Source of the DNA: a virus
Lineage: Duplodnaviria > Caudoviricetes
DNA: 64,000 nt
IMG/VR virus record: IMGVR_UViG_3300027983_002388
Reading direction: 5' to 3' (one strand)
A program made the position numbers and the translations under genes. Shown here piece by piece: positions 19,057 to 29,352 of the stretch (position 1 is the first letter of the stretch; every line of letters begins with the position of its first letter). The notes beneath the pieces are model-generated. The model searched no databases. It was not told the origin of the DNA and was given only the letters and a program-made list of their open reading frames with translations.

Positions 19057-19649
19057 TATCCCTTCGGCCCTCTCTTCAAAGGCACCGGCTTCATTTTAGA
19101 GACATGACGATCTGGTTGTCCCTTCAAATGGTGCATCATATTGTGCAACTCTTTTGTGACATCTGCCGCTGAGTCTCCGTTGCACTTCTGAGCGTGTTGG
19201 ACGGATACGGTTCGACGATCTTTGTTGTAGAAGCCTTTGCTTATAACAAAGCAATTGTGGTCTGTATTCCAAGTCACAACCCCCGTCCATTCTCCGTCAT
19301 CCCAATTACGATACGAGACGAGCAGACGGAGGGGCTTTTCCGTGAAGACGTGTTTGGTGTGATAGCCGTGATTCTTCAGTGCAGCACTAACATAACCCAA
19401 GCATATTTTGGCGAAGCCCTCCAAGGATTCCTTGGATGTAGTTCGATAATTTACTTCAATTGCGTATCTGGATGTCTCCACGGCTTCGACTAGATTCTCT
19501 TCCAGATATTCATGATGGGTTTTCATGCCGCCCCGTAGGGTTGTGGCAAAATACTCTTGACAAATACGCAAGAAGTCCTCTCGCTCTACCTTGAGTTCGG
19601 TATGCGTATCATTTTTTTGCTCATTTCGCCAATTGTGAAAGTCTTTCAT
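19056..19649 (-). CDS. Hypothetical protein with capsid-targeting-like N-terminus
   Basis: MKDFHNWRNE; ATG overlaps the methylase stop (ATGA). Confidence 0.6.
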   Translation of the reverse strand: MKDFHNWRNEQKNDTHTELKVEREDFLRICQEYFATTLRGGMKTHHEYLEENLVEAVETSRYAIEVNYRTTSKESLEGFAKICLGYVSAALKNHGYHTKHVFTEKPLRLLVSYRNWDDGEWTGVVTWNTDHNCFVISKGFYNKDRRTVSVQHAQKCNGDSAADVTKELHNMMHHLKGQPDRHVSKMKPVPLKRGPKG

Positions 19650-20503
19650 TGTTCCCATCCTTTTTCGCCAATTTCGCAATCAAAGTTTGTCCAAATGACT
19701 TCCTGTCGCAATTTCTTTTCTCCGTTTTGGAGAGTCGAATTGGCAAACTCAGAGGTTCTTCTGAACTCTCTCCAGTCGTGGAGTAAACTCGGATACAGGT
19801 CATTTATATATCCAGACAAGATCACCTTGCCTTGTAAAGTCAGAAGCAATTTCAACAATAAAATGTGTTGATCGTCTGAGAATTCATGAGAGTAATTTTC
19901 ACCGCCAGTTCTCGAACTCATCAAATAAGGCGGGTCAATATAATGCAAGGCATTAGGGGTGTCATATCTTTGTATTGCATCTAAGGCATCAATGTGTTCA
20001 ATCTGAACATTCTTGATTCGGTTGCAAACATCTTCAAGTCCATCAATGGCTCCCAACCATTGACTGACTGGTAATGCCCTTTTTTGTCTAGCATCTTTTT
20101 TTGTATAACTCCATCGTCCTGGAGTAGCCTTGGTTGCCAAGCCGCTTCTAACCTGTCTGGCTTTTACAAAGAATCTACGAGCTTTTTCCAATGGATCAAT
20201 GGCTTCTTCCATACAAGCGATTCTGAATTCTTCTCGACTATACGGAGTAAGGTCCAATAGACCGACCAATTCTTTTTGATTCAATCTAAGAACTTCAAAG
20301 AAGTTCACCACATCATTGTGAATGTCATTGTAAACTTCTACATCACTTGGAGCTTTATTCAAAAGCACTGCTGCCGATCCGCCGAACGATTCCACATACA
20401 CTTTATGTGGAGTTGAATCCACTAATGGAACAAGCCAATTGAGATGACAGGTTTTTCCGCCATACCAAGAAAAAGCACTGATTTCATTTTTGCGTCTTCT
20501 CAT
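19646..20503 (-). CDS. dam: Dam-family (D12) N6-adenine DNA methyltransferase
   Basis: WYGGKT, YVESFGGS, YNDI, YIDPPY; target sequence unknown. Confidence 0.85.
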   Translation of the reverse strand: MRRRKNEISAFSWYGGKTCHLNWLVPLVDSTPHKVYVESFGGSAAVLLNKAPSDVEVYNDIHNDVVNFFEVLRLNQKELVGLLDLTPYSREEFRIACMEEAIDPLEKARRFFVKARQVRSGLATKATPGRWSYTKKDARQKRALPVSQWLGAIDGLEDVCNRIKNVQIEHIDALDAIQRYDTPNALHYIDPPYLMSSRTGGENYSHEFSDDQHILLLKLLLTLQGKVILSGYINDLYPSLLHDWREFRRTSEFANSTLQNGEKKLRQEVIWTNFDCEIGEKGWEQ

Positions 20504-20594
20504 GTATATAATAAACAACTTTTTTTAGAATGGTTGAAAAATAAAGGCGTATATAGGATCAAAGAGCGAATAAATCACCAAATGAAATAAAGAG

Positions 20595-21467
20595 TCACCC
20601 CATCATGGGTCCAAGCAAATCGCCCCATTTAGAAATTAGCTTTTCTTCCCAATCCTTCTTTTCTTGAAGACCTTCGGCAAGAATAGCCTGACCATCTAAT
20701 TGAACGCCGCCACCAGGACCGGGAGGGTTAGCAATACGACTGCGAATGCGACCCAAAACGATCTTAGCGAATGCTAAAGACCCTTCCTGCATTGCCTGTG
20801 TCACCATTCGGAAATCTGGGCGGCGTTGTAAATACCGCACAGCGACAGGATAACTGCGATAAGGGATTGGATATAGCTTAATGTGGTTGTACCCACCTAG
20901 AAACTCCCATCCACCTTGCTGACTTGAGATTCTGTTGTACATATCTTCATATTGTTTGTATAAAACCCAATCGGACATATTGCCCCAAACTGGCTGTTGA
21001 GGGTTAATGCCACCGGCAATTGAGCCATAGGCTCCACCACCCATATAATCCAGAGGAATTACGCCACCCAAATCGGAAGCTGAAAAAGCATAATTGGCTG
21101 TTTCTTTATAGGAAATTTGTCTAATAAAGCCCACATCAGGTGGCATTTGATAAACGCTCTGTCCTGGTACTGTATAAAAAGTATGGTATTGAAAATATTC
21201 CATTGGGGCATAATCTTCAAAGATTTGCAGGGCGAAATCAATGCAGTTTTCGATCTGTTGATCGTCCAATTCGAGCGGCAAAACTGGTGCGCCGAGCATA
21301 GTCAGGACATATTCTTTAATTTGTCCACGCACTTTTTCTCTATTTCTGCGTGGGCCGATCTTATCTAAAGGATCGGTAGGGCCTAAATCTCCGCAGCCCT
21401 GTCCACAAGAAAGCTGTGAGAATTGGTCCTTAGTCGGTCGTGGGACAAAAAGCATATTGTTCATCAT
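20595..21467 (-). CDS. Neck protein, T4 gp13-like
   Basis: MLGAPVLPLELDDQQIENCIDFALQIF; C-terminal GGGVQLDGQAILAEG. Confidence 0.75.
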   Translation of the reverse strand: MMNNMLFVPRPTKDQFSQLSCGQGCGDLGPTDPLDKIGPRRNREKVRGQIKEYVLTMLGAPVLPLELDDQQIENCIDFALQIFEDYAPMEYFQYHTFYTVPGQSVYQMPPDVGFIRQISYKETANYAFSASDLGGVIPLDYMGGGAYGSIAGGINPQQPVWGNMSDWVLYKQYEDMYNRISSQQGGWEFLGGYNHIKLYPIPYRSYPVAVRYLQRRPDFRMVTQAMQEGSLAFAKIVLGRIRSRIANPPGPGGGVQLDGQAILAEGLQEKKDWEEKLISKWGDLLGPMMG

Positions 21468-21513
21468 GGTGATATATAGGAAGAGTACAAATGAAACTCG
21501 TAAAGGCAGGATT

Positions 21514-24483
21514 ATGGCTGTAATCACAAAATCGTTCCGTGACTTCTTCACTAAGAGTTTTACTGAAGAAAAGGCATACAGAGACTTTGGCACACGACAT
21601 TTCAAACTTTTATATGAAATGGCCCAGCGATTTCACAAACTAAACGCAATGCCAGCAAACATTGATGACGACGACCTAGAATTTCTGGGACAGTTCCCTC
21701 ACGACTATTGGATCAAAGCCAAACAAGCTCGCTATCAAATGTTTTTTGATGCTGTGAAGGGTCTTCACAAGAAAAGACATGAAGAACACGGACAGCCAAA
21801 ACTCAAACAAGCCATTATCACTGCCATCGAAACTGGCGAGTATGGACATCTTCAGGGAGTCATTCCTGATCGGAACATCAACCAATTGAAGAGGGTAGGA
21901 ACTACCCTAAGTGCCAAAGAACGTGCCGATGAAGCCGAAAAGCTCTCGCACGATCATGTGAAAGACAAAACGCCTCACATTGATGAACCACAAGGAGAAA
22001 TTCCATTCACACTCAAGGGATCAAGCGACAAGACAGCCACAAGAAAACCTGTGACGTTTATGGCAAAGCCATTTCTTAATCGACTCTATCACAAATTGGA
22101 AACAACTCCTGGCAATCCTTTTCACCCGGAGTCTGGGCTAAATGGGACGGGCAAGTATGGCCTTGATATGGCTGAACCTATGGATTCAAGAACCATTAAA
22201 TCGCACGACGAAGATGGTGACGAAACTGAAGTCACTTACCCGAATTCTACAGCAGGCATGAAGTTTCCTACGGACTCTCAAATCCGTGACAGAATGATTG
22301 ATTATTTTAATCTTAATGCCCACCGGATGTTCGGTAACTTGCCAGAAGACGCTGAATGGAAGCCCGTTCCTGGAATGCAGGACACTTGGTCTGTAGGGTA
22401 TGTCAGACAAGAGCTTCAAAAAAGAATTGAAGCTCAACTGCGAGTCAGCGGCAAAAAATACGAAAAAGAAAGTGAAATGAGAAAAGAAGCCGCCGACTTA
22501 GTAAAACAGCACATCGTGAAAATGGCTGAATCTGGTCAATTAAAAGGACCGCCGATTCCTGGTCAATTTCCAGATGGCATTCCAATTAAAATTGAGGGCG
22601 GCAAACTTGTGAATCCTCCATTGTATCTTCCGTATCAAATTAAAGATATTAAGATGCGAGATGAAAATGGTGGCGTCAAAGTAGTACAAAAAGCCGTTCC
22701 TGTGGTAAAGCCTGCTCACTTCTTCCGTGAACTCGGAAGTGATGAATCAGATTATGAACACGAATTAGGTGATGATGGTCAGCCAACCGACAAAAGAAAG
22801 TATGATCCAACTACCGGAGAGCCGGTTTATCGGGTTCCTCAAGAAAAATTGAGGGGACACGAAAGACAATTCGTTCATGTTGGAGATGAAGAGTTTCAAA
22901 AGAAAAAACATCGAGCCGCTGGCGCTATTGATTTCAATAGCGAAACAGAACAGGTTATGCACATAACAAAAGGCGATCCTGGTTGGCAAGAAGCCTGGGA
23001 AAAGGCTTTTGGAGATCAACAAAAAGTTGAGATTGATCGTCGTGGTAATGCTACACCTTCAAATAGCGAATCTGGATTCTACGAAGACATCATCGCTGGC
23101 ATAAATCAATGTTTTAAGAGTAGTCATTGTGGTGGAGCTACGCATCATGAACTTGAAATGTTGAAAAACAACATTGAAGACTTCCATCAAATAGTTGTAA
23201 TTAAAATGCTCAATAGCATGGGCGACCCAAATTTGTACACAAGCTCAGGACGCAAAGCCTTTGCTTACAACAAGGTTTCTTCAATTATGCAGAAAGACCT
23301 TGGAAGTGGTGGTGGAACTCGTCGAAAAAGAAACTTGACACAAACTAGCAGAAACACAAGTTTCAGTGCTGGTGGCGAAAAAAATATTGAAGACGATTTA
23401 ATGGGCCAACTCGCTGGTGGTACGGGTAAAATCCGTGGCAGCAAAAAGCGTGGGAAGGGAGATCGCCAATTCGACACATCGGGAATGAACACTCCTTACA
23501 ATTTGACAAACATGAGAGAAGCCTTGATGCAAATGCAAAAGGATGCTCAAGAGGCCGATTCCACAAGCGATGAAGCAAAGAAATTAAGTCAAAGACAAAG
23601 GGGAACAGAAATCATCAATATGCTTCGGGATGGCATAAAAAAACAAATTGATTTCAAAATGTATTTAACAGATACATTGATTGGATTGTACCAACAAGGA
23701 GGAATGGGTAAAGGCGAAGCAGAACAAGCAGCCCAAGCTCAAATGAAAAGTTGGCAGGACGAAGATGGACATAACTCATCTGAGACGTTGATGGCAGCAT
23801 TTCAAAACCACCCACTTGTTCAAAGTGCAATTGGCGCAGCCGGTGAGGATAAAAAACAAGACGGTCAAGTACAACCAACCGACAAAGAGGACAACGCCAA
23901 CGAACAAGAGGCCATGCGATTCTTGCAATCGACATTTGATAAAATGCAGAGTGCAGGTTTTGATGAAGACGACATCAAAGATAAACTATTGGCAAAACCT
24001 GGAGAAAAATACAGTATATTTGTCAAGCAATTGGTCGCACAACAATTTGGCGGCATAAACGATAAAACTACTAAGTTGTTGGATCGTGTACAAGGTGAAA
24101 TCAACAGACGCTTTAAGCTACCATCACCAGCGGCAGCACAAGCGGCCAGAGTTGTCACGACTCCACAAAGCAATGAACTAGCTAAGAAAAAACTAGGACA
24201 AACGCCAGAAGCAGAAGCGAAGCCAGTTCCAACTGTTGCTCCGACTACAAGAATTCCAACACAACAAGTTCCTATTCCTACTGAAAGTGTAAGTGAATTG
24301 TTCGCTAAGAAAAATTGGCTTGGGCTTGCTCACCATCCAGATTATTTGGGAACACACTCTCCAGTATTAGATGCACAAAAATTGAAGTTGCTAAATCACT
24401 TCAAAACAAACAAGGATAAGTACCAGCAGAATGAGATTGAATCTGCTATTGCGAACCTTGAAAGATCAATAAGGAGAGGTTAA
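21514..24483 (+). CDS. Large (about 989 aa) protein with capsid-targeting-like N-terminus
   Basis: MAVITKSFRDFFTKSFTEE; long uninterrupted ORF; SD upstream. Confidence 0.7.
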   Translation: MAVITKSFRDFFTKSFTEEKAYRDFGTRHFKLLYEMAQRFHKLNAMPANIDDDDLEFLGQFPHDYWIKAKQARYQMFFDAVKGLHKKRHEEHGQPKLKQAIITAIETGEYGHLQGVIPDRNINQLKRVGTTLSAKERADEAEKLSHDHVKDKTPHIDEPQGEIPFTLKGSSDKTATRKPVTFMAKPFLNRLYHKLETTPGNPFHPESGLNGTGKYGLDMAEPMDSRTIKSHDEDGDETEVTYPNSTAGMKFPTDSQIRDRMIDYFNLNAHRMFGNLPEDAEWKPVPGMQDTWSVGYVRQELQKRIEAQLRVSGKKYEKESEMRKEAADLVKQHIVKMAESGQLKGPPIPGQFPDGIPIKIEGGKLVNPPLYLPYQIKDIKMRDENGGVKVVQKAVPVVKPAHFFRELGSDESDYEHELGDDGQPTDKRKYDPTTGEPVYRVPQEKLRGHERQFVHVGDEEFQKKKHRAAGAIDFNSETEQVMHITKGDPGWQEAWEKAFGDQQKVEIDRRGNATPSNSESGFYEDIIAGINQCFKSSHCGGATHHELEMLKNNIEDFHQIVVIKMLNSMGDPNLYTSSGRKAFAYNKVSSIMQKDLGSGGGTRRKRNLTQTSRNTSFSAGGEKNIEDDLMGQLAGGTGKIRGSKKRGKGDRQFDTSGMNTPYNLTNMREALMQMQKDAQEADSTSDEAKKLSQRQRGTEIINMLRDGIKKQIDFKMYLTDTLIGLYQQGGMGKGEAEQAAQAQMKSWQDEDGHNSSETLMAAFQNHPLVQSAIGAAGEDKKQDGQVQPTDKEDNANEQEAMRFLQSTFDKMQSAGFDEDDIKDKLLAKPGEKYSIFVKQLVAQQFGGINDKTTKLLDRVQGEINRRFKLPSPAAAQAARVVTTPQSNELAKKKLGQTPEAEAKPVPTVAPTTRIPTQQVPIPTESVSELFAKKNWLGLAHHPDYLGTHSPVLDAQKLKLLNHFKTNKDKYQQNEIESAIANLERSIRRG

Positions 24484-24752
24484 TGGCAAGTTGGATGGAC
24501 TACATGAGTAATCCCCGTGGGCATTACTTGAAAAAGACAATGTTTGAAGTGTTACAAGAAAGATATGCACAGAATGAGCAGATTATCGAAAGAATGGGAG
24601 TGACCCTCCTTACAGAAAGTGATCTCACTGCGTTCATGAAAATGGTCGCTGACATTTATGAAATGGCTTACCTGAAAGCCGTCAGTGACCACAAAGAACA
24701 ACTTCAAAAGGCGGGGTTGGTTGCAAGGGTTGTCTCGCCAGGAAGATCATAG
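24483..24752 (+). CDS. Hypothetical protein
   Basis: SD GGAG; TAATG overlap with the previous gene. Confidence 0.65.
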   Translation: MASWMDYMSNPRGHYLKKTMFEVLQERYAQNEQIIERMGVTLLTESDLTAFMKMVADIYEMAYLKAVSDHKEQLQKAGLVARVVSPGRS

Positions 24753-25370
24753 ATCAAAAGAAGGCTGGTGATCTGAAGGTGTTGCCGATAAGACCCAGCC
24801 TCCTCCTTTTTGTTGTTTTCCCTGAACTCTCCACCATCTTTTGTATCCTTGTTTTGGAAACAAAATAGAGCCAGCATTGATTGCGTCGGTGTCTGTCCAG
24901 ATTTCAATAAACAAATCTTGTTGGTTGAGAATCACTCCTTCAAAAGAAATGGGCTTTCCGTATTGAACGGTAGTATAAGAATCGCCATAAAGTGAATCTT
25001 TTCTGTTTCTCAATACGGCTGGCAAGCAATGAATGAAAGTTTTTTCGATTCCACTATCTGTGGATGCTCGAAGTTCTTCTCGCTGAAGATCAGGTTGAAC
25101 AACTGGTTTTCTTTCAACCACTTGTGGCTGAGATTCTGATTTGACTTCAGAAACCTTAATGTCGGCCTTGGCTTTATCTAAAGCAGACAAAAAAGTCTCT
25201 CGGACATCAAAATCGGATGCCAAAGGGGTAACTTGATTAGTATCTTTGGCTGTTTCGCCATCCCACTGCATATTGTGGACCTTGAAGCCTTCCCATATTT
25301 CTTGGGTCTTCATTACTGGATTTGGTCCAGCGAGACGATAGACGCTTCCATCTTTATTTTTCAATGTCAT
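24747..25370 (-). CDS. Probable virion structural protein (head-tail region)
   Basis: N-terminus shared with the gp14-like gene; beta-rich C-terminus; genomic context. Confidence 0.45.
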   Translation of the reverse strand: MTLKNKDGSVYRLAGPNPVMKTQEIWEGFKVHNMQWDGETAKDTNQVTPLASDFDVRETFLSALDKAKADIKVSEVKSESQPQVVERKPVVQPDLQREELRASTDSGIEKTFIHCLPAVLRNRKDSLYGDSYTTVQYGKPISFEGVILNQQDLFIEIWTDTDAINAGSILFPKQGYKRWWRVQGKQQKGGGWVLSATPSDHQPSFDL

Positions 25371-25433
25371 TGAATATTCAGCCCCTTTATGTTTATATAG
25401 ATTGAAGACAAAAACAAAATAAAAGGATGAATT

Positions 25434-25859
25434 ATGTCGCTAGTGGTTCCAAATATTTCCAATGTTCTCATGCTTCAATACATTGTGAACATGATTGGGC
25501 AAGACGGTGCCGCCGCTCCTGCGGGTGGTCAACGTCTGCTTCGTCTTTTTACAAACAATCTAACACCCGGTAAGTCAACCGTAATTGCAGATGTTACTGA
25601 AGCAACGGCACCTGGTTATGTGCCATACACAATGGTAGGAAGCAGTTGGACAACAACATCAAATTTGGGAGTGAATTCCGCAGTTTACAGTGAACAAACT
25701 TTCGCATTTACGACAGGTGTGACCATTTACGGCTACTACGTTACTACAATTGAAGGTACACCTAGATTATTGTGGGTGGAAAGATTTTCCACGGCTCCGT
25801 ACACTTTGCCAGCAGGCGGTGGCGAGATCGCAATATCCCCACGTTTTACATTAAATTGA
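25434..25859 (+). CDS. Probable tail-associated structural protein
   Basis: LRLFTNNLTP..TEATAPGY..YGYYV pattern seen in phage tail-region proteins. Confidence 0.5.
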   Translation: MSLVVPNISNVLMLQYIVNMIGQDGAAAPAGGQRLLRLFTNNLTPGKSTVIADVTEATAPGYVPYTMVGSSWTTTSNLGVNSAVYSEQTFAFTTGVTIYGYYVTTIEGTPRLLWVERFSTAPYTLPAGGGEIAISPRFTLN

Positions 25860-25883
25860 TTTATATTGACACTTTGACTACTG

Positions 25884-25914
25884 AATGGCGAGAGAGCAAT
25901 CTCTCGCCATTTTT
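25884..25914 (+). terminator. Intrinsic terminator
   Basis: aatggcgagag-agcaat-ctctcgccattttt. Confidence 0.7.
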
Positions 25915-25933
25915 AATTGTGGATAATTATTTT

Positions 25934-26116
25934 TCATCCACATCTTCCCTGTTTGAATTTGCTAAAGATAACTTTAGCTTCGTTTCCGCATTGGCAACGA
26001 AAAACAACAGGAATTCTATCATTGCTATATGGGCAAAGTAATTCGCATCCATTTTCAATCATGAAAAGAGCAACTTCTTCATTGGTTCTTTTTTTCATTG
26101 TTCCTCCACCATACAT
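25934..26116 (-). pseudogene. Remnant zinc-ribbon DNA-binding module of a homing endonuclease
   Basis: GCELL..Y....PVVFRCQCGN....SKFKQGRC then stop; no nuclease domain. Confidence 0.4.
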
Positions 26117-26121
26117 ACAGC

Positions 26122-26664
26122 ATGACTCTTAAAAATTTGAACGGGACACCGTATCAACTTCGTGGAAGCGTGCAAATGTACGATCCAAATGATCGCACGC
26201 ATGATTTATTTAACCTGTGGGATCAAGAGGCGATCCAACGGGGCGGATCGCCTCTTTACTATTACGAAGTGGTTATTACCCCAAACATGATTGATCCGGT
26301 GTATTTGGAAGCTCGTGGAAAACTGTTTTCAAACAATCCTGTTCAATTATGGTGCAATTACGAGCCGATTCCGTCACAAAACCTAATCAATCAGTTTGGC
26401 ATTGATGCTCCAGATGAAATGAAATTCGAGCTTAACTACCGATCTGTATTACAGAGCATTGGACATCCACCTAAAATTGGATCAAGGTTGTTTACGCCAC
26501 ACCTTAGAGAGAATTGGGTTATTGTTCAAAGAAACCTGGGCGAATTCAAATTATGGGGCGCACTCCGTATTGAATTGATTTGCCAACGATTCCAGGAAGA
26601 CGTGGTTACAGGCGAAGGCAAAGTAACACAAAAACAACCAGATTTGAAAATCAAAATCGTTTAA
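26122..26664 (+). CDS. Neck/head-completion protein, T4 gp14-like
   Basis: DQEAIQRGGSPLYY..YLEARGKLF..QFGIDAPDE; neck/tail context. Confidence 0.7.
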   Translation: MTLKNLNGTPYQLRGSVQMYDPNDRTHDLFNLWDQEAIQRGGSPLYYYEVVITPNMIDPVYLEARGKLFSNNPVQLWCNYEPIPSQNLINQFGIDAPDEMKFELNYRSVLQSIGHPPKIGSRLFTPHLRENWVIVQRNLGEFKLWGALRIELICQRFQEDVVTGEGKVTQKQPDLKIKIV

Positions 26665-26678
26665 TCGAGGATACCACA

Positions 26679-27140
26679 ATGAAATCGTTTTATCAGTTCT
26701 ATCAGAAAATGTTAAAAGAAGCTGCTCCGGGTCAACCTGCTCCGGGTCAACCTGCTCCGGGTCAACCTGCTCCGGGTCAACCTGCTCCGGGTCAACCTGC
26801 TCCGGGTCAACCTGCTCCGGGTCAACCGAATGCTCCTGCTGCTCCGATTCAAGGAGGACAGACAGCCCCTCCAGTACCACCAAATCCAATGTCGGACCCT
26901 AAAGTAGCTCAGGCATTTCAGACTATTTCTGGAATTAAAGATCAGAAAATTCAGCAGGCATTTCAACAATTCCAGAAAGCCGCTGGAATCCAGCCTGGAG
27001 GTTCCCCGCAACAAAGTCCAGCATCGCCGCAAGCTCCGGCTTCTCCAAGTCCAGGACAGCCGCAGGCTCAGCCGCAGGCTCAGCCGCAGGCTCAACCACC
27101 GGCTGGTCAGCCCGGTCAACCACAACAACCTCAAAGGTAG
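26679..27140 (+). CDS. Pro/Gln-rich disordered protein with capsid-targeting-like N-terminus
   Basis: MKSFYQFYQKMLKE-AAP; (APGQP)7; SD GAGG. Confidence 0.75.
   Translation: MKSFYQFYQKMLKEAAPGQPAPGQPAPGQPAPGQPAPGQPAPGQPAPGQPNAPAAPIQGGQTAPPVPPNPMSDPKVAQAFQTISGIKDQKIQQAFQQFQKAAGIQPGGSPQQSPASPQAPASPSPGQPQAQPQAQPQAQPPAGQPGQPQQPQR
26723..26827 (+). repeat. Seven perfect 15-bp tandem repeats (APGQP)
   Basis: tgctccgggtcaacc x7. Confidence 0.95.
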
Positions 27141-27247
27141 GTTGAGGCTTGAACAAAGCTGGCCGATGAATGGTGCTGAATAATATTTGTGGTAATTTAG
27201 GTTTAGGGAAAGAAGTTATAGGCGGGCCAATGATAAACACTGGCTGT

Positions 27248-28096
27248 CTATAACTTTTCCTTTTTATCTTGAATGCCTTCATCTTTCCTCTTCATGACCA
27301 ATTTGCCACGGAATTTCTTTTTGTTTTCAATCTTGAGTGCCACAGCTTCAATGAACTCTTGAACGCCTTTCGATCCTTTTTTGGTAAAAACGGCACTTAG
27401 CACTTTGTATTTGTCATCAAAATTGTGACCTAAGTGGTCATGCCAATCATTGTTGACAAATCTCTTGCAGTATTTACTAAGTTTGTCGTCCGTAGATACT
27501 CGTTGAGACATTTCAGCTACGGTCATTTCTTTGATGTCATAGCTAACTTTCTTTGGAATCACAAGAGCCTGACCATATGGCTCACCCTTCCTGAAGATTA
27601 GAGTTTGCCCAGGCATTGGATTCTTAAATACCACGAAGAAGATTTTTGGCCACCATTCAGTCTGAAGATGACCCGGCAAACAACAAGGAACTGTGTATGT
27701 GGTATCAGTGTAGTACCTTGGGTGACATTCTGTTCTAAGAACGTACCCAGACGGCACTTTAATATCAAGAGCCGATGTCATGCCAAAATGTCCTGGAGCG
27801 AAACACATGAAGGGAGGCAAAGAAACATCAGGACATTCTTTCTGTTCTTCGCTGAAATCACCATTGAACACAACTTGCCCGTCAACCATGTTGACTCGAC
27901 ACTCTGTTTCAAATGGGTAACAGAGTTCCAGCCCATAGGTAGCCCCATCGACAAATGGAGGACAATGCCAAGGCTGTGGTTTGTCACCATTTGAATGATC
28001 GTTGGGATCACCAGCCCAACCGGGAATTTGAAGTTTTATTGGTCGAGGAGGAACACCTTTGTACCATGTCCGATATTTGATTTCTAGCTTATCCAT
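27248..28096 (-). CDS. DUF6065-like protein (possible dUTPase-like fold)
   Basis: WHCPPFVDGATYGLELCYP; FRKGEPYGQ; SD AAGGA. Confidence 0.45.
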   Translation of the reverse strand: MDKLEIKYRTWYKGVPPRPIKLQIPGWAGDPNDHSNGDKPQPWHCPPFVDGATYGLELCYPFETECRVNMVDGQVVFNGDFSEEQKECPDVSLPPFMCFAPGHFGMTSALDIKVPSGYVLRTECHPRYYTDTTYTVPCCLPGHLQTEWWPKIFFVVFKNPMPGQTLIFRKGEPYGQALVIPKKVSYDIKEMTVAEMSQRVSTDDKLSKYCKRFVNNDWHDHLGHNFDDKYKVLSAVFTKKGSKGVQEFIEAVALKIENKKKFRGKLVMKRKDEGIQDKKEKL

Positions 28097-28135
28097 TTTG
28101 GTCCTTACTTGAATACCTAATTGTAGGAGAAAGAA

Positions 28136-29137
28136 ATGAGCAGCACAAATAATCCAAATCACCAGCAGAGGAATTTGAACAATTGCGCAGTTCCAGGAAT
28201 TCCCGCAGACGTAAATCTCGATCCTTCTCCTCCGTACTGTGGTAAAGACCCAGAACGGGATGCAGATAATCGAAGAGGAATCAATGACGACAGTTTGAAT
28301 TTCCTCAAAGACGAAACAATGAAGAAGACCGGCTTCGGGGCCAGAGTTGATTGCGACCCGATGCAGCGTGGCTTCATTATTAACGACTTGGAGAATCCAG
28401 AGCGAAATGTCCTCTACAGATATTCTAAATCAATTCGTGGCACAGATGAAGCCATGCTGGATATGTTTAACAACATTGTTGTGATTGATGAAGATGGCAA
28501 GGCATGGCCAATTCCCGTGATGCTCGGTCCACCAGAAAAAGCTGTAGCCGCAATCGTACAAGATAATGTTCACAAAGACGAGACGTTGGTTGTTGATCGA
28601 CTGAAGTTGCCATTGCTGGCTTTGACTCAAACACAAATTGATTACGACCTTGATAGATACACCTATCACAAAGCAATCAATCTGTTTCGCAACAGCAACA
28701 ATGACCGTCCAGGTTTGGCGATTAGTGAAAAGTACAACAAAGATACAGTATTTGGTTTAGCAAGAGGCGTTCCAATAAATATTGGATATTCGGTCACGGC
28801 ATGGACTATGTATCGTGAAGATATGAACCAGATAGTAGAACAAATTCTCACAAAATTTAGTCATGCGGCATACATACGAGTAACAGGTGTCCCTTGGGAG
28901 GTCATGATCAAGCTGGACTCTATTGCTAATAACCTGGAAGTTGAACCGGGCGATCAAGCAATTCGAGTAATTAAATACGAATTTAATATGACGGCTCAGA
29001 CCTATATACCTCAACCGATTGAACGCAAGAAGGCAGTCCTAAAAATGAAGATTGACTTTGTTGACGGTATGACCGAGGAAGAAATCACTGAGGTGATGGC
29101 GAGAATAGAAGAATCTGTCAAGGAATTAGAATGTTAG
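28136..29137 (+). CDS. Tail terminator/sheath stabiliser, T4 gp15-like
   Basis: IPVMLGPPEK, LKLPLL, VPINIGYSV..WT...DMNQIVEQIL..F; upstream of sheath. Confidence 0.75.
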   Translation: MSSTNNPNHQQRNLNNCAVPGIPADVNLDPSPPYCGKDPERDADNRRGINDDSLNFLKDETMKKTGFGARVDCDPMQRGFIINDLENPERNVLYRYSKSIRGTDEAMLDMFNNIVVIDEDGKAWPIPVMLGPPEKAVAAIVQDNVHKDETLVVDRLKLPLLALTQTQIDYDLDRYTYHKAINLFRNSNNDRPGLAISEKYNKDTVFGLARGVPINIGYSVTAWTMYREDMNQIVEQILTKFSHAAYIRVTGVPWEVMIKLDSIANNLEVEPGDQAIRVIKYEFNMTAQTYIPQPIERKKAVLKMKIDFVDGMTEEEITEVMARIEESVKELEC

Positions 29138-29352
29138 AGATAAAAAACAAACAGAAATTTCCAGTTCAATTAGTCATAAGGTCGAGGACGGCCCCACGCT
29201 CTTTCACGGTATTGAATGTACCAGGAATAGGTTGCGGAAAAAATATTTATCTTCTCGAAGATGAAAGAGCAACTGAATACATAGATAGAGCAGAAAAGGA
29301 TGGATTGATTTCCACAAGGTACATACCAAACAAGTTAAGAAAGGGAGAATAA
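29131..29352 (+). CDS. Small hypothetical protein in tail operon
   Basis: ORF overlapping the gp15-like stop. Confidence 0.6.
   Translation: MLEIKNKQKFPVQLVIRSRTAPRSFTVLNVPGIGCGKNIYLLEDERATEYIDRAEKDGLISTRYIPNKLRKGE

Noticed and set aside
26551-27134. Minus-strand ORFs with EQVDP and SRLTR repeats
   Set aside because: Antisense readings of the 15-bp array in the plus-strand gene, which has an SD and a recognisable N-terminus.
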